The position numbers and the translations under genes are program-made. Below the pieces are notes generated by a model that saw only the letters and a program-made list of their open reading frames with translations, was not told the DNA's origin and did not search any database. A DNA stretch of 64,000 nt from contig NW_026250440.1 of the NCBI RefSeq assembly GCF_024521635.1, positions 62,001 through 126,000 of the forward strand, given 5' to 3'. The number at the start of each line of letters is the position of its first letter. Within the stretch, counting starts at the first letter, position 1. This DNA comes from Tricharina praecox. Lineage: Eukaryota. Positions 1 to 10,108 of this stretch are shown in pieces.

Positions 1-193
1 GATGATGTCAAGCCCCCCCTTCCGGACTCGGATGAAACCACGGTTCCCTTAAACCAACGACAAAGCATCCCGGCATGTTCCCTCGTTAAAGCTTAACACC
101 AAGAAATAAAAATAAAAATAAAAAAGCCATGCACCAACACCGTCCCGCACCCACCACCACCGGCGCCCCACCTCCCCCACCTCACCCGCCCAG

Positions 194-892
194 ATGCTGC
201 CCACGCCCGACACGGATCACATAGATCCCAACACGACGTACTCTCCAGCGGAGGACTCGTACCTGGTGCTAGACACACTCACGTCGGACGCTGGCTTCCT
301 CCATTCACACTTCGCACCGCCCTCCTCGCCCCCCCTAATCCTCGAGCTCGGCACGGGCAGCGGCATAATCTCTGCCTTTATCTCCACCAATACCACCGCG
401 CTCTTCGGTCGGGCGGACGTCCACCTCCTCGGCACCGACGCGAACTCCATCGCGTGCGCAGCGACGGCGCAAACCCTCTCTCTCACGCCCGCGCCATCGC
501 ACTTCCTTGGCGCGCTGGTGGCGGACCTCGCGGCGCCGCTGCGCGATCACGTCGTCGACATGCTCGTGTTCAATCCTCCGTACGTACCGACGCCAGAGCT
601 GCCCAGCTTGCGTGCGGAGCACGGAGCGACAGAGTTTGAGGAGGAGTCCAGGCTCCTGGCGCTGACGTATGCGGGCGGCGAGGATGGGATGGAGGTCACG
701 AGGCGTGTGCTGATGGGGCTGGGGAGCGTGCTGAGTCAACGTGGTGTGGCGTATATTCTGCTTTGTCGCAGTAATAGGCCTGGTGAGGTGGTTGAGGGGT
801 TGAGAGGCCAGGGCTGGAGGTGTGAGAAGGCTGGTGGCAGTGGGAGGAGGGGCGGGATTGAGAGGTTGGAGATCTGGAGGATCTGGAGGTAA
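194..892 (+). CDS. MTQ2: eRF1 N5-glutamine methyltransferase catalytic subunit (HemK2/Mtq2/N6AMT1 family), single exon
   Basis: N-terminal MLPTP..YSPAEDSYL, SAM-binding motif LELGTGSG, catalytic FNPPY, AGGEDG motif and C-terminal GIERLEIWR. Confidence 0.93.
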   Translation: MLPTPDTDHIDPNTTYSPAEDSYLVLDTLTSDAGFLHSHFAPPSSPPLILELGTGSGIISAFISTNTTALFGRADVHLLGTDANSIACAATAQTLSLTPAPSHFLGALVADLAAPLRDHVVDMLVFNPPYVPTPELPSLRAEHGATEFEEESRLLALTYAGGEDGMEVTRRVLMGLGSVLSQRGVAYILLCRSNRPGEVVEGLRGQGWRCEKAGGSGRRGGIERLEIWRIWR

Positions 893-2196
893 CGAATGAT
901 CGAACGAAACAATCGTACCGTGAGGCCAATCGTCTGAGTAGGAAACAACCCGCAAAGGCACACGGACATGGCGCCGTACCAGTGCTGGTGATAGTTGGTG
1001 GAGCACTGTAATGGCATTGGTACACACAAGACGCCGGGGCTTATCCCCTATGCATGTGTAGAGCGCCCTTTCGTCTTCCGTCTACTGCTATGCGATTCCA
1101 GTATTCCAACGTAAGTTCCCTCTCGGGAAGCACGTAGGTACGGCAAGCCCCAAAAAACTCCAGATACCTAGTCTACGGTACGTTCCTAAGGGCCATCGGC
1201 CGCAGTCAATCGTCTGCATAATGTGGTCTCGCCAGATAGAACCGGGTCGATTCCATAAAAGCCGAAATAAAGTCCTGAGCTCCATAGGAAGTGGAAGTGG
1301 AAATGTTCCGTTTGCAGGAGGATACGTCACGTGATACATACTCTACGGGGAGGTGATCACTCGCGATCACTCGTGATTCCTCGCGAGGCGGAAATCATAT
1401 ATAGCCCCTCCGGTTCGGGGCCACCTCGTTGTGACCACGGTGTCGATGATTGCGGTGAAGCGGTGCAAGGAAACACACCAGACAGGACTGCTCGCAGGAA
1501 ATTAGCCCAGTCGGTGTGGAGAAGTTAGAACATGGGTGAGCCAGTCTGGCATATATCATAAGTTCATAACTCGATATCGCGGCGCAGGAAGATCCCCCGG
1601 CAGATGAGCTATCCCGCACATCTATTGTGTTTCGGTGGACCTATAGTAGCCTCGAAGGTTCACAACATAACAAATAATAAATCAACACTTCGGCCAAGTC
1701 CCGATCACAGGTTATCACGCGAGAATATCCGACCACATCTGTTTTGATTCTCGTTCAAAAGTCACATCATCAAGCCATATCGTCACTCGTCAAAGATATT
1801 ACACATTGGTCATATTGGTCATATTGTATTGGTAGTATTTGCATGCCTCGAGAATCCGGTTTATTTTTCACACTTGCTTATGCTTCTGTCTGGTAAAAGT
1901 ATGTCTAGCTGGTCAGAATTAATTCGAAGAAATGAGCTCACCAACATTGCTCGTGCTTCTCAACAACATCGACTCGAACACTGCGTTTCCCGTTTCCCGC
2001 ATCCATTTCTTGGCTTTCGCGAGTGAGCGGCGCTTTGTCGCAAGCCGCAGGCCGCACGGAGTTTGTCTGCGCGAAGGAACGCGCAGTACGAGTGACCGGT
2101 GGCGAGAATCGTATCCGTATCCGTAATCCACCTAGTGTACATAAGTCCGGATCATTTCACAGAGGATTAAGCCTTGTCTCCCACAAAACTCCCAAG

Positions 2197-2520
2197 CCCC
2201 TCAAGCCTCACTTTGTTAGCTGTTGGCACAGACACGACGATCATGATCCTGCTCAGCGCAACGAAAACCCCGAGGCTGAGCGACTCTACTCTACTCTAAT
2301 AACGAGGCTGGCGGATTGAAGGCTAAGCGTTGCCTGAGGTCTCGCACCAGGCTCTCAAGCCCCCTCAAGCCCCTCACTTTGTTGGCTAACTATTGGCACA
2401 GACATGGCGATCATGATTCTGCGAAGTTCAAGCGCAATGAAAACCTCCGGGGCTGGAGGGTCGAGCGCTGTCTCTCGCATCAGGCTCTCAAGCCTCTTAC
2501 TTTGATCGCATATGGCGACA
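2197..2520. repeat. Degenerate tandem duplication, ~160-bp period, two copies plus a partial third
   Basis: cccctcaagcc(cc)tcactttgtt..ttggcacagaca..cgatcatgat recurs near 2197 and 2361; ctctcaagcctcttactttg recurs near 2485. Confidence 0.7.
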
Positions 2521-5500
2521 CCACTTATTTCGTGACGTCGACTGGTATGGGGAAAAAGTTGAATACTTGTAACTTGTTTACAGAAAACCGAGCACACGCC
2601 GGGCACAAACACCCAAGGCCCGGGGATGAAACAAAACCAAAGCCAAAACCAAACCAAAACCACGGTACGTACGTCGGTACCAGGGATTCCCGCCTGGTCA
2701 CCTACCCACTGCAGTACTATCTCTAGAGTAACCTGACGATACATAGAGTACCTTGCTTGACTACTCCAGAAGTCTAGGGCTGAGCGGACGTGAAGCCGTG
2801 TATACCGGTAATATTCAAGGTCCGTAGTTGTTTCTCTGTCCGTCCGTCTGTCTGTCCCGAGTGATGATGCAGTGGCTGAATCGAGGCTGGATAGAGGAAG
2901 TACCTATGTAGGTAATCCGACTTGCCACTTGGCGGGGAGTGCGTTGTCTTTTGCATTACTTTTCTAGATAGGTACATATCGCTCTCACTGCGATTCAAGA
3001 CATAGACCTCGGAGGAGAGGCCAGAAAAATGGGAATGGGAATGGGAATGGTCCACAGTGGGGTGGCCCGGCAGGAGAGGAGAGGAGAGGAGAGGAGCAAC
3101 TGAAGGAAGGAATTTGAGGACAATCTCTGATTTCTGTAAAGTACTCACAGCGAATTTCATACGCATTCGGGGCACTTGAGACGGTTCCATCTCTCCATCT
3201 CAGCGGCGAGGAGTCCGTGAGTCTGTATGGGGTTTACTTCTGCGGAGCACCAACACAACAAAGCTCTCTCGACGGCGGTGATGCTGACTCCTGTCTCCTG
3301 ACTCGTTGACTCGCTGACTCGCTGACTCGCTGACTCCCGAGAGTCTGAGACTGATGAGTGATGACTGGACGGAATCCCGGTCTATTTTTGGCAGAAAATG
3401 TATCTATCACCTTCAAGTTCTGTTATATGGTATTATAGTTACCCGGGAAATTGAGCGGCGTTCGTTTGCTGGATTGCTGGATTGGGGGGCTGGGAGCCGG
3501 TGCGGACGGGATTGCGATCGACGGTGCTAGCCGATAATACATACTGCTGTCTCGCATCACTCGTGGGGTGGTCGGGCAGCCTGCTACTACATACTTTTTA
3601 GAGTATATAGTACTGTAGCCTGTTCGGATAACGATGAATCACTCTCGTACTCTACATACCGTAGCTGACCGAGACAATAGTAGAGTAGAGCATGTAGAGT
3701 ACATACCAGTACGAGGTCTTTTGTCTCGCGGCACAGGCTTCATCACCATCACTATCAGCGATATCGTCCTCACCGAAGCCGGAGGTCGTATTCAACAGTA
3801 TGTACCTGTGTATAGTAGAGTAAAGTATTGCCTCCTAGGAATGGGCCTAATAATGGGCCAACTCAGTCTCGAACTTGGTTATTTGGCCATTCGCGAGACT
3901 AGAAGTGGCCAATTCGGGCTCCAACTTGGCCTTGTCGATGAGGCCCAACTATGATACCTCCTACGGTACTATAGGTACACATCACGAGGACCCGAATATA
4001 CTTTTGCGAACCGCCTTCTTTCCCTGTCGGTACGGAGTCTGGACGCCGCTAACTACCAGGCATTCGGAATGGACTTACCTTGCATTGCTGCGGTTGGGAG
4101 AGAGAGGGAGATCATCAATTGGCCTTACTACTAGTATGGTGCCGGACGCTTTAACGGGCAAGCGAGGGACGAAAAATGACCCTCAGCGCCGACCGCTACT
4201 CCTCTCCACCACAACAAAAAGAATTTTTTTGGAACCGTAGAATGGTAGAGTAGTATGTGTAGAACAGTTCTACGGTTTCAAATTAAATTATTGGTGGTTG
4301 GTGGAGAGGAGTAGGACTTGAAAAGTCGGGTATTGAGTGACGGTGAGTAGAACAACAGGACGAATGAAGAATCAAGTCAATCGAACAAAAACGGGCTGAA
4401 ATATTGGTTTACCACCATAGGTTTTTGCGTGGTCATACATTCGCACGCGATTTCTTGGCGGGCCCATCTCCATTGGACATGCCAAGACACTAGCCCGTTA
4501 GAGTGTCCGGCACCATATAGTACTATTGCTGCTGTTGGTGTCTTGCAAAGGAGGGATTTGGAGCTGAAGGACGCCGAATCGAGTGAGTCCCGAAGCTGCA
4601 GAACGAAGTTGCGATACTTACAAGTACTCTAGACAGCACGAAGCGAAGTTTTTTATGCATGTTGAACTCTCGGACTGGCGCTGGCGCTGTTGTTGTAGAG
4701 CAGTCGTCGTCGAGGAGGAGGAGGAGAGACACTTCGCTATGCAGCCTACTAGTAACTAACCTGTTCGATACTCATTCCCGTGCCAGCATCGCGAGCATTG
4801 GGAAGAAAGAAAAGATAGTCTGGTTTTTTGCATTGCGATTGTTAGGTACATTATACATACATACGGCACCGATGATCCGCGCTCGCCGACACAGCCTTCT
4901 CTAGCCGGCAAACTCTGTATTATATGTACATAAGTGAATCGGCATCGAGCAGTCATGGGCATTGGGCATTGGGCATTGGGATTCAGGTGATCCGGAGTGC
5001 AGGGCGTGCAGAGTAATCGTCAATGTCTCAAATGTGCCTCCCCCGGGAGGGGCGTCCTGCTTCACGCACTAGAAAAGGCAACATGAAGAAGGGAATTTAA
5101 CGTTGGCACTGCACTGGAGCTGGCGATGCACCGTTAGCAGGTATCCCCTCTGGATGGCTGGGGGTTCTCGACGACCGAACACGTGCACACATCACAACTT
5201 CTCTCTCGTTGTCTCGGACAAGTACATACAGACTCAGTTATGTACGGATTCTGCAGGAACAGTTGTTCACGGATTGGCGACGTGTTAGCTGGCGGTACGG
5301 GGTGGGGGGCTGTCGACGACTCGACGGAGGAGGGGAAAGACATGCATGCATGCGAGGAGGGCGTACGGGATTAGGTGGGTTTGCGACGGATGCGACGGCG
5401 CACGTCACACGGAACTCTGGAGTCTGAACTCTGAACTCCTTGCTCACGGCCACGGCTTCTTTTTTTCTTTCGGAACATGGCTCCGCTTGTTCGGCACCGT

Positions 5501-7591
5501 CATCGATTCTGGCTCTCTGATGCTAAGTACTAACAAGTACTCCATACAGCGCCACGCCGAAGCGGAAATAAGTTACGGACGGCGGTGTGTAAATCGCGTA
5601 CATACGAAGGAAGGGTGATCGGCTCAATGAATGTCGGCGCAATGAATATCGATCGGTTCGCACGTAGGGACTAGAGTATGCCAAAGTAGACTGGCCGCTG
5701 GCGGGGATTTCCTTTTTAGTCTCTCTCGCCAGTTCACACTTTGATGTTGTGACGTATTTTTTTTCTCCTTCTTTTCTTTTCTTCTGTAGGTATTCTATTC
5801 TTATTTTTCTCCTGACTCGGACGCTGCTACGGAATCGGGATAAGTTGATTTTGGTTTTTTCTTTCGCCATTGACTTTTCGGCGTGCCTTCGTAAGGCGCG
5901 TTCGAGACAACGCTGTCTCGGAATCGACACTATTCGGGCAACGATAACAACGACAAACTGCCACACGGATCAGGGGCCGAATGAGGATTGGGCTTGCAGC
6001 GGAAGGCTGTGGGCACTGGGCGGCTTGCTCAACGTTGAACTTGTTCTGCAAGCAGGCTGTGTGGGAGGCTCGCCCAGTGTCCTCTACGGAAGGCTGTGGG
6101 GGCTTGCTCGGCTTTCTGTCTATACCTTACTGCCCATGCAGAGGCCGCACAACGTTCTTGGCTTGCAAGTTGCCAGGTTGGCAGATTCTTGCGGTGCTTG
6201 TGTGGCTTCGGAATGATTGTCAGGGGATTTCGCAGAAGGCTGGATCATTCGATCGACAAGTGGAATACTAGGTATCTGCGAATACCACACTCGGCTCCCG
6301 CTACTCCTACCAAGTATATACCGACTATTTCACCTACGGCACCAGTACTCCGTCGCCTGTCCCCGCCGGCTGCGAATGAGAACATCGCGATTTGGGCGAC
6401 TCAGCACCTTTCGCCTTCAATTCTGGAGAAGCATCGTACATACCGGTAACGTATGTACTCGGTTTGCGCGTTCGCAAGCCCATTGACGTTCAACTATGCC
6501 TCCCCGCATGTCCTACATGTAAGCCAACTCAACAGCGTTCGGGCCCTTTCACGTCCAGTTAGCCAGCGTGTTCCGTTCGGAGCTGAACATCTCTCTAGTT
6601 CAGGCACCAAAGCTAACTAAGCACTCGTTCCTAGTCCCTAGTCCTGTCGATCTCTTAAAGCCGGCAACGTTGGCAGCTAGGCAAACGAAAGTGACGTATA
6701 TACAGATCAGGAAGTGCAGGCAAACGGGACAGCCATTCAGACCAGTCGATAGCCGACGAGGCCAATGGTCGTCGGTACATATCATAGCATATGATGTACC
6801 GCCGCACTCCAGGTGATCACCGGCGCCAATGCGGGTGATTTGTTGGGTGAATCAGTGCCGCTAAACCCATCGTGGGCTACCCTCCCGAGACATCACTAGC
6901 GCCGTTTGGCTGGTGACCGAGATCACCTGGGTGACGATTCGTGATGGAAGTCGGGAATGGGCGGAGGGAGTCTGGCTGGAAGCTTTTGGATGGTGGTGGT
7001 GGTGGTGACGAAGATGCTCCAGAAGATACTACCTGCAATTCAGTGACTGTCCCCGGAGGCTACAGATAGTGCCGGACACTTGTCTCCGTTCCCTCAGCTG
7101 GCTCGTGAGAAATGGAGGCGCGGAAAATTAACTATAGCTTCACTTCACGATACGTGGATGCCGATCACCTACCAACACCACAAGGGGGGAGTGAATCTAC
7201 ACGTCAGACATCCCATCGGCAGGGGAGGCATAATCGGCAGCACGCGGTGTGGGAATCGTTCTTGACCTCCTGAGACACTCCCCCGGTGCATCCTAGTCAA
7301 TGTCCTCCCGGCCGTGCAGCGACTTTCAGCTCCGCCCAACACTCCCGGCGCCCTCCGATCGTAGTGTTCCCTCTAGGGGGATTCGATACTTGCTGTGATA
7401 TCCAAAGACTGAAAATCAAGAGAGCCAGAAGTCCGATAAATACCCCCCCTCCGCCGCCGTCAATTACAATCTTCATCCCAACAGCATCTTCTCATCTCAC
7501 ACTCACAACCACATCCACTCTTCACTCTCCACTCTTCAAACAACTCCTTCTCTCTTCTACCATCCCCAAACAAACAATTCCAACTCTCAAA

Positions 7592-8223
7592 ATGGTTTCC
7601 ATCAAGTCCCTCATCGTCTTCACCTTCGCCGCCTTCGCTGTGGCCTCGCCCATCCTCAACGGCGGCGCCGCTGGTATCCAGTCCCGCGACATCATCGAGG
7701 ACACGATCCAGAAATCCGGCAACAAGAACGACTTTGTCAGCCCCAAGTCCAAGCAGGATGACACCGTGAACGCGCCCACCAACGCCATGAACTGCGGCAA
7801 TAACCACAAGATCTCCTGCTGCAACACCCAGGACATGTCCAAGTCCGATGTCACTAGCCTTCTCAACCTCGACCTTAAGCAGCTCATTGAGGTCTCCAAG
7901 TGCGCTCCTATCGCCAAGAACATTCCCATCGCTGGAACTGGCATCGGTGGAACCGTCAATGGTGAGTTTCCTCTTGTCCCCTTACTTTCAACGGACCAAC
8001 TGACCGATCTGTTACCAGCCCTTAGCGGAAACTCTAAGGACACCATGTGCGAGACCGGCCCGGTCGTCTGCTGCCCTGTCGGAAGCGGCAACGTAAGTAC
8101 CCCCCATTCTCGTCCCGCACCACGAGCAGATACTAACCTACCTAATAGAACCAGCAAAACGGCATCGTCAACATCGGCCAGACCAACGTCGCCAACTGCG
8201 TGGTCGTCCAGCGTGCGCTCTAG
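7592..8223 (+). CDS. Class I hydrophobin, 3 exons: 7592-7961, 8019-8092, 8149-8223
   Basis: Signal peptide MVSIKSLIVFTFAAFAVA. After removing two GT-AG introns the protein has 8 Cys in the pattern C-X7-CC-X26-C-X29-C-X6-CC-X22-C-X7. Confidence 0.9.
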
Positions 8224-9727
8224 GTCTAAGCTCAACAGCCTCGACCACACTACGAGTAGTAGGGGATTGAACCGGGATTTAATGGGGGGATTGGGATTGG
8301 GATTGGGATTGGGATTTCTTAACTTTCCTTTGTCTCCGTTTGAGTGAAGGCTCGGGGAACGCTTAATGTTTAACGCTTGTGTTTGGATACATGCTTTACG
8401 AGAATGATAGTTGCTTATTTTAAACCCTACAAAAAACTTGAGTGCCTGCTGTGATCCTATCTGACAATCGTTCGGAGTTCCGCGCTTCGAACTTCGATGA
8501 AGAAGAAGGAGTAGAGTGGTTTGGCTGGAGATCCATCCATCCGAATCCGATCAAAGAGCTCGGCCATTCCTTTCCCTTCCGCCATCTATCTCATCTCCCC
8601 ATTGACAAGCCATCCAGAGCTCGCCGAAAACCGCCGATCAGACCAACCACATCTTCGGCCAGACCTCGAAACCCTAGCCATCCCATCTCGTTCGGACCCG
8701 CATAGTAATAATAGACGGAGCGAGTATTCTAGCACATCACAGAGTATACCTTTGGCGGCCAGCCGCCAAACGTAGAGGTATGAATCATGATAGGTACACA
8801 GACCTGCCAACAGTGCACAGTACAAACTGTTTCGAAAATTTGTTAAAACTGCAGTGAACCGGTTATGGAAGGGGGGGCCCAAACCGAACTGCGTACCGAA
8901 TTAGAACTGGTTTGAATATCCAGTTTGATCTGGTGACCGGTCAAACTGAATAACTGAATATGTAATGGTACATCGTGTAAAGGCGTCTATCGCGAGCAGG
9001 GTTACTTACAAGCCCATATTAGTCCCGATCATGAAAAGCACTCGGACACGATCGAACTGAGTACCGCCGGTATCGCAAGAATTCGTTTCGACTCCGACCG
9101 CTTTCCGCAGTGGGACCATTCTTTCCAGAGAGGTATTTGATGGAGCATGGAGTATTGGGGGCCACGATGCTCCATAGCCGCCGCCGTGGTTGACAACTAT
9201 ATATGAACTATGGACACGGGAAGCAGCCGTGGATTGACTCGTCACGCACGCATCCTAATATTCCGTACGGGCACCTTTAGAGGCCATTACCATCGTGTTT
9301 TTTCGTGTATTTCGTGTATTTAAGGAACACTAGATTGACCACAGCAACGACTGGGTCGGATCAACGATGGATTTGCCTACCTATAGTGCGATACATCTGC
9401 CGTGATACCGCGATGTGTATTACGAATGGTTTCTCCACAGAGCTTTCTTGAATACTGTCCACCAATCGTATTATGCATCTACGGAAAGTGGTAGACTATC
9501 GGCCAAAATTTAAGTTACGTGCCTATTTGGGCGACATACGTGCACGTGGACGTGCTCTTCAGCCTTGGAGTTGTGATTGAGTCTGTCACCCAAACCCCTG
9601 TAGAGGGGAGAGCACGGTAATTTAGCAACATCAGGATTGATCGACACGGTATATATAGGTAGGTCACCGCAGTCGAGTAAGAAGCCGATGTCGTTCTCTC
9701 GTACAGCGGCTAGAGCAACAACATTTG

Positions 9728-10108
9728 GCCAATGGCGCATGCATCTCACTCATGCATGGCTAGGAGGAAAGACCTTTGCTCTGAAAGGAAGAAGACCTCC
9801 GCGTATAAAGTGGGGGGATAGTAAACCACGTTATACGCGTATAACTTGGGGCGGTAGACCAAGTTATACCTTCTTTGGTTTTTTATTTGCTCGTCCGAAA
9901 CCGTCTGTAGCCGGGTTTCGGAGGCATGGGCCTTGGCCATCATGCGTGCCTCTCACACACGCATGGCCAGGAGGAAAGACCTTTGCCCTCTCACAGCAAA
10001 AGGAAGAAAGCCTCCGCGTATAACCTGGGTGGGTAGTAGACCAAGTTATACTTTCTTTGTTTTTTTCTTCCTCATCCACACGAAACCGTCTGTCACCCGG
10101 TTTCGGAG
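9728..10108. repeat. Two tandem ~200-bp diverged units, each built of 4-5 stem-loops
   Basis: Unit 1 is ~9728-9925 and unit 2 is ~9934-10108. Both contain gcatggc.aggaggaaagacctttgc, cctccgcgtataa, gtagaccaagttatac and cgaaaccgtctgt. Confidence 0.85.

Noticed and set aside
5523..6449. Overlapping 96-155 aa ORFs upstream of the hydrophobin
   Set aside because: No motifs or splice structure; the region contains short degenerate repeats (GGAAGGCTGTGGG) and looks non-coding.
7286..7591. 102-aa N-terminal extension of the hydrophobin in the ORF track
   Set aside because: It has a non-ATG start and CT-rich 5' UTR character. The ATG at 7592 has a strong context and is followed by a signal peptide.
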